Notes: a model not told the origin generated them from the letters alone. Shown: positions 45,054 to 54,370, counted from the first letter of the stretch. The stretch is DNA of 64,000 nt from a virus (IMGVR_UViG_3300029880_000008:22660-86659); one strand, 5' to 3'. Translations and numbers: made by a program.

Positions 45054-46277
45054 ATGGGTGTAAAATTAACAGAGAAACAAGTCGTGTCGGCAATGAATGC
45101 CGACCAGACCTTTCTGATTGTTGCCGATGGTGCTCTTCGTAGATTAAGCCTCGGTGACCTTCAGAAGATGATGGGTAATAATATCTTCTACCCTACAATC
45201 ACTTTGGAGCAGTCTTCAAATCCGAAGTTTGATTTACCTACACCATTTATGGCTAGCATGTATCAGAGAGCGATGGGTGGATATATGATGAAGGTAGTTA
45301 ACGGTAAGGTGTATGCTGCAAAGCTAAACCCTAGTAACTGGGAGTTCTTTGCTGACGGAACACAGGTGGATGATGCCTCTAAGTATGAGACGATGGTTCA
45401 TCTTCCCGATTGCCATTTCAAGGCTGATAATAAGACTTTGCAATTCGGTGGTCTATTCCCTATCTCAGGTGGCAAAACCTTCGATTCTCCTAATTGGGTA
45501 GGTGCTTACGAAATGTATGTAGATGGTAATAGTGTAGGACATTCCATACCAAACGTTTCGCCATCGCATTCTAGGACTATGAGTAGCTTTTGGTCTTGCG
45601 CACAAAAGCTTGGTTCTAAATTCGGTCTTGCTAACTACGGATTTCAATGCCTTATAGAAGCACTGTATCAGGTAAGTTTTGGCAATCTCAATAGCTCAGC
45701 CGTTATAGGTTCGGGATTCCAAAGCTCATCGTGGGAAGCATGTCGTGATGTACCGATGGGTAAGTGTATATCTCTCGGTGATGGTAGCGGTAAGGTGCTC
45801 TATAACGATGCTACTCTCGGTAATCAATACCCTGTCAAATTATTTGGCTTTGAGGATTTATGGGGTAAGCTTTGGGAGTTCCGTCCAGGAATACGTTTCT
45901 ACATGGATGGAGATACCAGATACGCTGTTGTCTATAGCGGTAATCAGGTAAGTAATACGGAAAATGGGCGAAAATTTACCATTCCGTCATCAGCTAATGG
46001 AGAGTTTATTACACGAAAGACACTGGGTGCATATTGGGATGCGTTTCCGCAAGCAGTAGGAGGCGGTGATAGCACGTACTACTGCGATGGATTCTGGGCT
46101 TCGATAAATGGCGAGCTGCTGTACGTTGGGGGTTACGCTAACGCCGGGTCGCGATGCGGTCTTTCGTCTGCGTCCTCGAACGACGGTTTCTCGCTCTCGT
46201 GGCCGAGCATCGGCGCTCGCTTGGCTTTCTACGGAAACCCGACAATCGTGAGCGGTTCGGAGCTCATGGCGATGTGA
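45054..46277 (+). CDS. DGR target protein: receptor-binding tail fibre with C-terminal CLec/FGE-type variable domain
   Basis: 407 aa. The C-terminus GELLYVGGYANAGSRCGLSSASSNDGFSLSWPSIGARLAFYG contains the VR and ends in an IGARLA (GFR-like) motif typical of DGR CLec-fold targets. Confidence 0.85.
   Translation: MGVKLTEKQVVSAMNADQTFLIVADGALRRLSLGDLQKMMGNNIFYPTITLEQSSNPKFDLPTPFMASMYQRAMGGYMMKVVNGKVYAAKLNPSNWEFFADGTQVDDASKYETMVHLPDCHFKADNKTLQFGGLFPISGGKTFDSPNWVGAYEMYVDGNSVGHSIPNVSPSHSRTMSSFWSCAQKLGSKFGLANYGFQCLIEALYQVSFGNLNSSAVIGSGFQSSSWEACRDVPMGKCISLGDGSGKVLYNDATLGNQYPVKLFGFEDLWGKLWEFRPGIRFYMDGDTRYAVVYSGNQVSNTENGRKFTIPSSANGEFITRKTLGAYWDAFPQAVGGGDSTYYCDGFWASINGELLYVGGYANAGSRCGLSSASSNDGFSLSWPSIGARLAFYGNPTIVSGSELMAM
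46113..46232 (+). repeat. DGR variable repeat (VR)
   Basis: It aligns without gaps over 120 nt to 46488-46607. There are 18 mismatches and every one is at an adenine of the TR. It starts in frame at a codon boundary of the target gene. Confidence 0.95.
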
Positions 46278-46279
46278 GA

Positions 46280-46294
46280 CAACGCCTAGCGTTG
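46280..46294 (+). other. short hairpin just after the target stop codon
   Basis: CAACGC-cta-GCGTTG. DGR targets often carry a hairpin 3' of the VR. Confidence 0.35.
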
Positions 46295-46487
46295 GCTGCA
46301 CATCTGCCAGTGAGCTAGACAGAAATAGAGAATTAATAAAAATAATGTAAAACGCAAGATTGAAACTGCAAAGTTGAAATCTCCTTATAATAGGATTCGC
46401 AGAAGCACAAAAATATAAACAACCCATTTCCGTGCGATAAGATTTTCTACAACCATGGAGTGGGTGAAGAAAAGGTGATACATCATG

Positions 46488-46607
46488 GAGCTGCTGAACG
46501 TTGGGGGTAACGCTAACAACAGGTCGCAATGCGGTCTTTCGTATGCGAACTCGAACAACGGTTTCTCGAACTCGAGGACGAACATCGGCGCTCGCTTGAA
46601 TTACTAC
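46488..46607 (+). repeat. DGR template repeat (TR)
   Basis: It would encode ELLNVGGNANNRSQCGLSYANSNNGFSNSRTNIGARLNYY, which is rich in AAC/Asn codons. It lies in non-coding DNA between the target and the RT. Confidence 0.95.
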
Positions 46608-46910
46608 ACAAGATTTCTATTATTAGAATGACGATATAATTTTCACTGTTCCTCGCAAGTCGTAAAGCTACGAGATAGTTTGGACGAGAGAGCACATGAT
46701 TGAACCTGTCTCAATGGAAGGATATTTATCCCGACAGAGCAAAGATTAAAGGCGTTGGGTATGAGTAGTTGGGTATGTCCTACTTGCAACAGAGTCCCCT
46801 CTCGCAAGTAAGTGATACAGTTGTACGTATGTGCCGAAAGCCAGTGAGCCGATAGTGTAGAAAGCCTATTGATAAGGAAAGCGATTTTTGAAATATTGGT
46901 TGATATAGAA
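46608..46910 (+). ncRNA. DGR spacer region of the TR-containing RNA
   Basis: About 300 nt without ORFs lie between the TR and the RT start. Small hairpins are present (for example TCGTA-aagc-TACGA). It is analogous to the Sp region of characterised DGR RNAs. Confidence 0.5.
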
Positions 46911-48281
46911 ATGACGGACACACAAGAGCTGGCGTATAAGCGAAAGGCTAAACTTCGCAAGAAGCATAGAAAGGTCAGAGTAGAGCTTGTCAGTGATATG
47001 ACTAACCTCAATATTGCGGTAAGGAAATCACGCAAGGGTAAGGAAGGCAAGAAGGGAGTTGTGATATTCGATAAAGACTATAATGGTAATCTTTTGAGAT
47101 TACAGAGAAGTCTTATAGATGGAACTTACAAGACCAGCGAAGGGCACGATTGTATGAGACGATGCCCTTGCGGTAAGGTAAGAAAGCTCCATAAGCTTCC
47201 GTACTTCCCAGACCACGTTGAGCAGCATGCCTTGATGCAAGTTCTGATGCCGCACCTTATAAGAGCTCTCTATATAGAGAGTGGGGCAAGTGTAAAAGGC
47301 AGAGGAATGATTTATGCGAAGCGCAGAACAGAACGATGGATAGACGAGAATAAGTCATGTGGAAGATTGTACTATTGCAAACTTGACTTCGTTAAATTCT
47401 ATGAGAACGTAGACCAGCAGGAGATATACAAATCTCTGTGTGATTTCTTTACTGATAAAGGCGTTAGAAGGCTTTTGCATGAAGTTATCTTTGCCTTACC
47501 GAAAGGTCTAGGTATTGGTCTATATCCTATTCAGACCCTTACCAATTTCTACATGAGTATCTTATGTAGATTAGTATGTAGGAAATTTGATGTTAAGGTA
47601 GAAATATATTGTGATGATGTCATTATATTGGGTAAAAACAAGAAGGAAGTATGGAAAGCCATCAACTTCATATTGGAATATGCTAATAAAGTGATGCACC
47701 AGCAGTTGCACGATAATATCGGAATGCAGATAATTGATGATACGCATTTCCTTGATTTCGTAGGATACCGTTTCTACTTCAACCATACAATGTTAAGAAA
47801 GCGCATGAAAGAGAAATTCAAAAAGAAGATGCACAACCTTAAAAATCCTATGAGGAGATACCAAGTAGCTATGAGCTACAAGGGTTGGTTGATGCACTGC
47901 GATGGTTTTAATCTTTGGAAAATGATAACAAAAATGAATAGTTTTGATGATTTTAAGATGCCGCAGATTGAGGACAGAGATGCCAACGGCAAGAGAATGT
48001 TTGAAGGTCAGAGGATGAGCGCAAGCTACTTTTCCGAGAGACCTATCGTTTTCCTTGATGTTGAATTTGACGTAAACAGCAAGGTTCATAAATCGGGGAA
48101 GAGCAATGTTGTCAGCGTTGAGGAGAACGGACAGAAGTTTAAGTTCTTCACTAACAACAAGAAACTCGTAGAGCAGTTGAAATGGTGCTCAGACAATGAT
48201 AAATTCCCGTTCCTGGGAAAGTTGCGTAGAATGAATCAGAGTGGAAACCCTGATTTCAGAATTGTAGGAACAAAAGCATAA
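46911..48281 (+). CDS. DGR reverse transcriptase
   Basis: Motifs: LPYFPDHVEQHALMQVL, YYCKLDFVKFYENV, LGIGLYPIQTLTNFYM (the DGR-type IGxxxSQ-like motif 4) and YCDDVIILG (YxDD). ORF-track 46869 (TTG) is trimmed to the first ATG, so the start is uncertain. Confidence 0.9.
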   Translation: MTDTQELAYKRKAKLRKKHRKVRVELVSDMTNLNIAVRKSRKGKEGKKGVVIFDKDYNGNLLRLQRSLIDGTYKTSEGHDCMRRCPCGKVRKLHKLPYFPDHVEQHALMQVLMPHLIRALYIESGASVKGRGMIYAKRRTERWIDENKSCGRLYYCKLDFVKFYENVDQQEIYKSLCDFFTDKGVRRLLHEVIFALPKGLGIGLYPIQTLTNFYMSILCRLVCRKFDVKVEIYCDDVIILGKNKKEVWKAINFILEYANKVMHQQLHDNIGMQIIDDTHFLDFVGYRFYFNHTMLRKRMKEKFKKKMHNLKNPMRRYQVAMSYKGWLMHCDGFNLWKMITKMNSFDDFKMPQIEDRDANGKRMFEGQRMSASYFSERPIVFLDVEFDVNSKVHKSGKSNVVSVEENGQKFKFFTNNKKLVEQLKWCSDNDKFPFLGKLRRMNQSGNPDFRIVGTKA

Positions 48282-48313
48282 AAGTATAATATTTAAAAAG
48301 AAAGGATATTATC

Positions 48314-48724
48314 ATGGAAATTAGAAAGTCTACATTTGATTACTCACCTAGTCTGATTGAGTATGAGGGTAATTTTATTCGCATCAATTTCGATGTTGAG
48401 CAGGTTGAGTTGGAAAATAATATGGGTAGCAGCGAAGGCAAAAAAACTACCCGAATGGCTTATGCCGCACACGTTGTCCGTATTGAGCAGCCTTTGGAGC
48501 GAGGTAAGATAGTTGATGCAATCGTCTCATCCGCTTATCCGACCGACAAGATGCAAGCTATCATCAACAACCATTTCGCCAATCTTGCCAAAATTGCGGA
48601 TGGCAAGAAGCTTGATGCCGATGATAAGGAGCATGAAGCAGAGTATGAAGCTATGCAATCATGGCGCACGAAGGCGAAGGCTGTAGCTACGGATGTTATA
48701 GACAATTATATCAGCACTCATTAA
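48314..48724 (+). CDS. hypothetical protein (136 aa)
   Basis: ORF track. The protein is acidic and not Avd-like. Confidence 0.6.
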   Translation: MEIRKSTFDYSPSLIEYEGNFIRINFDVEQVELENNMGSSEGKKTTRMAYAAHVVRIEQPLERGKIVDAIVSSAYPTDKMQAIINNHFANLAKIADGKKLDADDKEHEAEYEAMQSWRTKAKAVATDVIDNYISTH

Positions 48725-48741
48725 AAGGAGGATAATAGCCT

Positions 48742-49884
48742 ATGAAAAAGGTAGTACATCTTTTTGCCTCGCAGCGTGTCAACCGCAAGGCACGTACTGA
48801 CAATGAAGAGGTATTCAGGGAGAAAGTTACGCTCATTACCAACAAGGAGATGAGTATCGGTCAGCTTGCAGACTTTTCTCAGTTGGTTAAGGATTTGGCT
48901 GCGGCTGGTATTGTTATTAGCGGAAATCAAGTTGCTATTAAGGGCGATAAGGTAACTATATACAATAAAGATAAAGCTACTCTCTTTGCCGAAGATGGCA
49001 AGCTCAATGCTAGCCTTATTAATGCAGAGACTATCAATGTGAACCATGTTTATGCAAGGAGTTCGGAAGGTGCAAGTATCATAGGCCATTTTGGTAACTT
49101 CGATAAAGCCGATGCTGTAGTAGGTAGTGATAAGTGTCCGCTTTGGCTTGGTGCAGCATTGGCAAAGGATGCGCCATTCAGAGTAACGAAAGATGGTTAT
49201 ATATATGCGTATAAGGGTATATTCGCAGGAGAACTGAAGAGTGTGACAGGCTCTTTTTACAGATTGACTGCTGTTAGTTCTGATGGAAATAAAATCGCTG
49301 GTTCAATATATTTTGATGGTTCTGGCCGTATAACATTTGATGCAGATATTTATAATCAAGGATATAATTCTGCGGCGAAAAGGGGTTGGCGTTTCTATGC
49401 TAGTAATGTATGGTGTCGTTCAGCCTTTGGGCATCGACAGAGTACATTGGCAGTAGTATCTGGGGATGTTATGCAAGTTTATCCTGACGGATACGATAGC
49501 GAAAGAATACCTGTGCCTCTAGAGCGTGTTTCTTATGACAATAAAACCGTATACAAAATTCCATTGTATAGTCCTAATGAAAATTTGTCCGGATGTCCTA
49601 TTGATATAGTAGTATTCAGTCCTCTTAGAGCAATTGCTACATATTATTACGAGTTTGTACCTGGAGGAACAGGTAAGCGTTGGATGGCAATAAATGCCAA
49701 TGACAGTAATAATGGAATATATTTCTGTGATGTCGGTGGATGGCATCAACTTCATGGTGGAGAAACAATAAATCTTGTATATATAAACCCAGAATTACTT
49801 ATTCCTAGCCAGGAGGATAAGACCTATTTCGGTCGTGGTATCTTCTGGAGCGGAGTAAATGACTTGAATTGGTCGGATAGATAA
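48742..49884 (+). CDS. tail fibre-like structural protein (putative)
   Basis: 380 aa. SD AAGGAGGATAATAGCCTATG lies upstream. Called on composition and position. Confidence 0.45.
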   Translation: MKKVVHLFASQRVNRKARTDNEEVFREKVTLITNKEMSIGQLADFSQLVKDLAAAGIVISGNQVAIKGDKVTIYNKDKATLFAEDGKLNASLINAETINVNHVYARSSEGASIIGHFGNFDKADAVVGSDKCPLWLGAALAKDAPFRVTKDGYIYAYKGIFAGELKSVTGSFYRLTAVSSDGNKIAGSIYFDGSGRITFDADIYNQGYNSAAKRGWRFYASNVWCRSAFGHRQSTLAVVSGDVMQVYPDGYDSERIPVPLERVSYDNKTVYKIPLYSPNENLSGCPIDIVVFSPLRAIATYYYEFVPGGTGKRWMAINANDSNNGIYFCDVGGWHQLHGGETINLVYINPELLIPSQEDKTYFGRGIFWSGVNDLNWSDR

Positions 49885-49904
49885 TCATAAAAGCAAAAAT
49901 TAAT

Positions 49905-50231
49905 ATGAAAAAGAATTTTAATGTACCTTTCAAGAATTGGAAGGGTGAGGTGATAGTATCACCAGTAAAGAACGAGAACGGAGAGGAAACCTACAAGCCA
50001 CAAATTATGGGCGATATTGTAGGTAAGGTGCTCTTCGAGGTGATAGACAATCAGAGTATTCAGCTATCGGGCGAAGAAAAGCTACGTGCTTATCGGGTAG
50101 CCTGCAAGATAGGCAAGGATGCCGAAAACGTGGACCTCGAAGCCGAGGATATTATTCTTATCAAGAAGATACTCTGTCCTGTGATGGCTGTAGGTGGTTA
50201 TGGTCAGATTGTTGATTTACTAGAAGGATAG
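49905..50231 (+). CDS. hypothetical protein (108 aa)
   Basis: ORF track. Confidence 0.55.
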   Translation: MKKNFNVPFKNWKGEVIVSPVKNENGEETYKPQIMGDIVGKVLFEVIDNQSIQLSGEEKLRAYRVACKIGKDAENVDLEAEDIILIKKILCPVMAVGGYGQIVDLLEG

Positions 50232-50239
50232 GAACAGAT

Positions 50240-50277
50240 AAGGCGGTTCTTCACATGGTGACCGCCTTATTCTTTTC
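50240..50277 (+). terminator. intrinsic terminator ending the rightward structural operon
   Basis: AAGGCGGT-13 nt-ACCGCCTT followed by ATTCTTTTCTC. It overlaps the 3' end of the convergent gene 50251..50610. Confidence 0.6.
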
Positions 50278-50610
50278 TCGTCCGTCAGGGAAGTGTGTTG
50301 CATCGAATTTTTCGATAGGCTCTGTTATCATGTCAGCGAAATATGGAGCATCAGAGCCACCGAAAGATGGAATTAAATCACTAAGATAGCCATATCTACC
50401 TTTCCTTCGTTCCTCCTCTGCTTGCGTTACAAGACCTTTCTGCATTCTAACAGCGAAAGGAAGTTTGTTGAAATCATAGATACCATCTATCCAGTCGTTA
50501 GGGTGCGGATTACACTTGTGCTCCAACTCTCGCTCTCCAGGAGTTGATGGCAACCTACTGCCACCTACCAGGTACATCATTTGATTTTCGTATGGTTCTA
50601 ATTTTTTCAT
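50251..50610 (-). CDS. hypothetical protein (119 aa)
   Basis: ORF track. It has its own promoter box and the leader AAATCAAAATATTAAGATTATG. Confidence 0.65.
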   Translation of the reverse strand: MKKLEPYENQMMYLVGGSRLPSTPGERELEHKCNPHPNDWIDGIYDFNKLPFAVRMQKGLVTQAEEERRKGRYGYLSDLIPSFGGSDAPYFADMITEPIEKFDATHFPDGREKNKAVTM

Positions 50611-50635
50611 AATCTTAATATTTTGATTTCTGCTG

Positions 50636-50643
50636 CAAAGTTA
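50636..50643 (-). promoter_or_regulatory. Bacteroidota-type -7 box (TAACTTTG), extended ATTTTCGTAACTTTGCAG
   Basis: It is nearly identical to the box at 15596-15603 and lies 26 nt upstream of ATG 50610. Confidence 0.55.
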
Positions 50644-50792
50644 CGAAAATAAACTGAAAGCGCAATGTTTCTGTTACCATTTTCTTCAATTTTGGTAACA
50701 AAAAATCGGTAACAAAACTTTCAGATTATTACTTTTTTATGAAGTTTAACACAAAAATATTCTCATTTTCGTTGATTTTGCGCAAAAAAGTG

Positions 50793-50800
50793 TATCTTTG
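50793..50800 (+). promoter_or_regulatory. possible -7 box (TATCTTTG, context GTGTATCTTTGCA)
   Basis: It lies 46 nt upstream of ATG 50846. Confidence 0.45.
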
Positions 50801-50845
50801 CACAATAATTTAATTTAATTTAAATCAACCTAAAAAAAAGAGATT

Positions 50846-51352
50846 ATGACTAAAGAAGACGAAGACAACCTATTAAGGTGGTTGCAAGACAAGGACATCA
50901 GTGAGGTGATGGATTTACTGATGAAGCATTGTAACAGGTATTCAAGGAGGATTTTGAAGTTCTTCCGATGGTTCTGCAAGTACGTTCCGATTACGCTTAT
51001 GTTATTCCACGCTTATGGAATGTGGGATTTCTCGCAGCATCCACGAGACATGTTCATCCCATACGCAGAAAATACGCCTTGCTATCTCTACATATATTTT
51101 ATGGTATACATTCTACCTATGGTTCTTATACTGGCAAGCCGATTTTTCTTCTTGTGCTGGAGATACCGCATTCCCTTCTTCTACTTTGCAAGCATCAATG
51201 CGGCTCACATTGTTGAATGGAGCTGGTATACCACCAAAGATATGATAGATTCCTGCTTCACTATCATGGTAGTAACGGCAATATTCTATCTGTACTCTTT
51301 TGTGGATTTGTTTATAAGTCGAAGTAAGTTAGGACGTAAAATCTGTGCATAA
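50846..51352 (+). CDS. integral membrane protein (168 aa, about 4 TM)
   Basis: ORF track. Several long hydrophobic segments are present. Confidence 0.65.
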   Translation: MTKEDEDNLLRWLQDKDISEVMDLLMKHCNRYSRRILKFFRWFCKYVPITLMLFHAYGMWDFSQHPRDMFIPYAENTPCYLYIYFMVYILPMVLILASRFFFLCWRYRIPFFYFASINAAHIVEWSWYTTKDMIDSCFTIMVVTAIFYLYSFVDLFISRSKLGRKICA

Positions 51353-51693
51353 TGGGAAAGATATTGAATTATAAGTTGCTCGGCACGGCTTTTAAGTCGT
51401 TGAGTGATGCTTGCTTTAAAGCAGACGAGCAACAGAGAAATGGAGAGAAGGTCACCGCTTGCGGAATGAGCGATGATGATTTGGATAGATTATGTGACAT
51501 CATCCCCGATATGCTCAATCCGATGCTATCTACCGAGGAAGTCAAGGAGAAGCTTCACGTTTCTGATGCTACCCTTAACAGAATGGTGGCTAGGGGCGAT
51601 TTGCCCAATGGCGAGTGCAAGAAGCGAGGTCACACCCGATATTGGAAGAAGTGGGATATACTGCACTTCATTAAGAGTAAGAGAGGTAAGTGA
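51352..51693 (+). CDS. helix-turn-helix DNA-binding protein (AlpA/excisionase-like HTH)
   Basis: The C-terminus LHVSDATLNRMVARGDLPNGECKKRGHTRYWKKWDILHFIK resembles the MerR/Xis-type winged HTH. Its start overlaps the upstream stop. Confidence 0.55.
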   Translation: MGKILNYKLLGTAFKSLSDACFKADEQQRNGEKVTACGMSDDDLDRLCDIIPDMLNPMLSTEEVKEKLHVSDATLNRMVARGDLPNGECKKRGHTRYWKKWDILHFIKSKRGK

Positions 51694-51709
51694 TTGCCTC
51701 TCTTTTTTA
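51680..51709 (+). terminator. intrinsic terminator
   Basis: AGAGAGG-10 nt-CCTCTCT followed by TTTTTATTT. Confidence 0.7.
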
Positions 51710-52001
51710 TTTGGTACAATATAATAGACAAAAACACACATATTTCCCAGAAAAATATACGCACTTTTTTCCTTAAATTATACATAACGATTATACTATT
51801 AGTGTGGTATAGGTGATTTTTGTTTTAATTCCAAATTTCGATGCTTTTTAAAATACAATATTTCGAGGAAATTATATACAATATTTCTTCAAAAATATAT
51901 ATTCGTTTAAAATGACATTACCCGCTATCACCTTAAATCTCTGATAATCAACCACTAAAAGAAAGTGTGATAGAGTTATATTTGCTCTTCCCTATTCTTC
52001 G

Positions 52002-52009
52002 TACCTTTG
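52002..52009 (+). promoter_or_regulatory. possible -7 box (TACCTTTG, context TTCGTACCTTTGTA)
   Basis: It lies 58 nt upstream of ATG 52067. A second box, TATATTTG, is at 51977-51984. Confidence 0.45.
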
Positions 52010-52066
52010 TATCCGTAATCGATTACATAGTGTTAGTTAATATTAAGGATTTCAAAAGATTGTATT

Positions 52067-52777
52067 ATGGAAATGACAGATGCAAAAGTAGTAGAGAAGA
52101 AAATCTACGAAGATGGTAAGAAGGAGTATGCCAGCAAGGGTTTGGCAGGAACAGCCCTCGGAATTGGCATCGGTGGCTTGGCTTTAGCTTTGCTTAACGG
52201 CAATGGTCGTGGTGTATTCGGTTCTCTCGGTGGCGGCAATATGCCCGAGAACGTGAACATCAACACTTACGGAGCTAACTCAAGCTCAAATCAGCCAACC
52301 GCCTTGCAGGTAATGGAGAAGGAATGCGATGATGAGGTAAAGTTGCTTACCTACATGTTCGGTATGAAGCTCGACACCGCTAACAAGTTCTATGCTATGC
52401 GTGAGACTGACATCGCAGAGAAGTTCTCTATGTATAAGGGTGCTAACGATGCTATCAACGCTGAGAACCGCCGTGCAATGCAGGCTGAGTTCGGTCTTTA
52501 CAAGTCTCAGATTGATGCGGACTTCGGTCTGTACAAGAATCAGAGAGACCAGTATGACGCACTACAGGCTAAGTATAGCGACCTTGACAAGAAGGTAGCC
52601 GTTATGGAAGCCCTCACTCCTTACAAGGAGAAGCTGATGATGGCTTACGTTAACGAGAAGTGTTGCCGCAAGATTGATGGTGTCCTCGGACTCCAGAGCA
52701 CTCCTACAGTTACAGTTCTCCCATCTGCAAGCATTTGCGGATGTGCAGCAGCTTCCACTCCCACTACAGGAGCGTAA
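52067..52777 (+). CDS. membrane-anchored coiled-coil protein (236 aa)
   Basis: Features: a glycine-zipper TM segment (GLAGTALGIGIGGLALALLNG), a central coiled coil, and a Cys-containing C-terminus. Confidence 0.6.
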   Translation: MEMTDAKVVEKKIYEDGKKEYASKGLAGTALGIGIGGLALALLNGNGRGVFGSLGGGNMPENVNINTYGANSSSNQPTALQVMEKECDDEVKLLTYMFGMKLDTANKFYAMRETDIAEKFSMYKGANDAINAENRRAMQAEFGLYKSQIDADFGLYKNQRDQYDALQAKYSDLDKKVAVMEALTPYKEKLMMAYVNEKCCRKIDGVLGLQSTPTVTVLPSASICGCAAASTPTTGA

Positions 52778-52901
52778 CAGAGCAGTAAGGAAGTCGGTTA
52801 GACGGACTAAGAAAAAATGAGTTGGTGAGGGGTGTTTGCCCTCGTTGGTGGATGCCATCTCACCTCTCTATAATATATCACCAACTTTAAAGATATTGAT
52901 T

Positions 52902-53393
52902 ATGATGAATTTCGGGAACAGCCCATTATTGGATATGGGTACAAATCAGCAACAGCCGCCAACGATGGATGCCGAACTGCAAAAGGTGTATGAGGCTATA
53001 CAACAGAAGCGAGCATCTATCAATATGCAAGCGCAGCAATCCGCCACCCCACTTTGGGATGAGATTGATAAGATTGAGGACAATCTTACAGGTGCACAAC
53101 GTCAGTACTTGATGCAAAATCAAGAATACGTCAATAGCTTGCAGTATGTGTCTAAGTTAGTGCAAGACGAGGAATTGCGCATCATACGTCCTCGCATCGA
53201 AAGCACTCAGCAAGGACAGGAGGCATTGAAGAAACATCTATCTTTGATGCAGCGTTTGAGAAAAGAAGTAGCGCAAGCCGAGGAACAAAAATCAGCAATG
53301 CTCAACGACTATATGACTAACCATAGTGATAAGACTTGGCAAGAATATCTTGTTTGGTACAATAAAACACATAAAGGAGAAACTAAGAAATGA
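52902..53393 (+). CDS. hypothetical coiled-coil protein (163 aa)
   Basis: ORF-track 52836..53393 trimmed to an ATG in the GATTATG context. Confidence 0.55.
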   Translation: MMNFGNSPLLDMGTNQQQPPTMDAELQKVYEAIQQKRASINMQAQQSATPLWDEIDKIEDNLTGAQRQYLMQNQEYVNSLQYVSKLVQDEELRIIRPRIESTQQGQEALKKHLSLMQRLRKEVAQAEEQKSAMLNDYMTNHSDKTWQEYLVWYNKTHKGETKK

Positions 53394-53824
53394 ATGTAAC
53401 TGAACTGAAAGAAAAGCTGCTTACATCTTTGGATTTGTGGGCAGACGCAAGAATTAGCGATATGGTGAAGGTAAACCCTGCATTAGCTATTCCTTCCGTG
53501 TACATGAAGCGAGCTTCGCACAACATCATCGCAAAGAACAAAGATAGTTGGGGCAAGAGTATTGATAACGCTACCCTATTCATCGCCGATGAGGACGGAA
53601 ACATTGATGCTGATACCATATTCTCAGACCTCATGCAGATGTTGGAGAATATAAGCAACTATGAGTTTGATCTCGGAGTTATTAAAGGTCGCATTGACGG
53701 CGGTGCTTTGGTTATTGATTTGCCCGACAACATCATAACGACTATCCTCTTTGGCAGCAAAAAGAGTATCAGCTTTACCAAAAATGATTTTGAAGAGTTG
53801 AGAAGTCTGATAACATCAGAATAA
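53390..53824 (+). CDS. hypothetical protein (144 aa)
   Basis: ORF track. Its start overlaps the upstream stop (ATGA). Confidence 0.6.
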   Translation: MNVTELKEKLLTSLDLWADARISDMVKVNPALAIPSVYMKRASHNIIAKNKDSWGKSIDNATLFIADEDGNIDADTIFSDLMQMLENISNYEFDLGVIKGRIDGGALVIDLPDNIITTILFGSKKSISFTKNDFEELRSLITSE

Positions 53825-53845
53825 TAATCATAAAAATAAAATAAT

Positions 53846-54352
53846 ATGGAAGCAAAAGAGATTATGAGTAAGTTTGATGAGCTGTATGGGATGATGGCAT
53901 CATCAGCAAACGTAAAGTATATGCACGTATTCGGTAATACGATGCGTTGCATGATGAAGGATATGGCATCCAAGCACCCAGAGTTGGCACAAGAGTATCT
54001 TGATAAGCTTTGCGCTATCAGGTGGAAGAACTATCTTACCAAGAAGGAGGCTTCTGAGATTGTAAACGGTATGAATCCACCAGTAACCTGGGATATGCAG
54101 ACATGGATCAATGCTATGACCGGTCTCGGACTTGCAACAGAGGAGAAACCTTATTACAACGATTACGCTTTGTACGTTGCGATGAATCAGGTTGTAAGCG
54201 ACCACGGATGCACCATTGCTAAGATACTCGGCAAGGAAGATGTTAAGGACATTGATACAGAACATCTGGTTAAGTATGCCCACAGCCTTGCGCTCGATTT
54301 GTTGAAAGACAAGGATGGTGTATACAACATAAGAGAGTATTTTCTGAAGTAA
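53846..54352 (+). CDS. hypothetical protein (168 aa)
   Basis: ORF track. Confidence 0.6.
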   Translation: MEAKEIMSKFDELYGMMASSANVKYMHVFGNTMRCMMKDMASKHPELAQEYLDKLCAIRWKNYLTKKEASEIVNGMNPPVTWDMQTWINAMTGLGLATEEKPYYNDYALYVAMNQVVSDHGCTIAKILGKEDVKDIDTEHLVKYAHSLALDLLKDKDGVYNIREYFLK

Positions 54353-54370
54353 CATCAAAAATATACGGTT

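Noticed and set aside
45990-46695. Minus-strand ORFs across the VR-TR interval (45990..46529, 46385..46585, 46513..46695, 46643..47050)
   Set aside because: They overlap the DGR VR and TR and the RT start, and they have no start signals. The region is better explained as DGR non-coding RNA.
48314-48724. Possible DGR accessory protein Avd
   Set aside because: The protein is acidic and lacks the basic four-helix-bundle character of Avd. It lies downstream of the RT, among the fibre genes.
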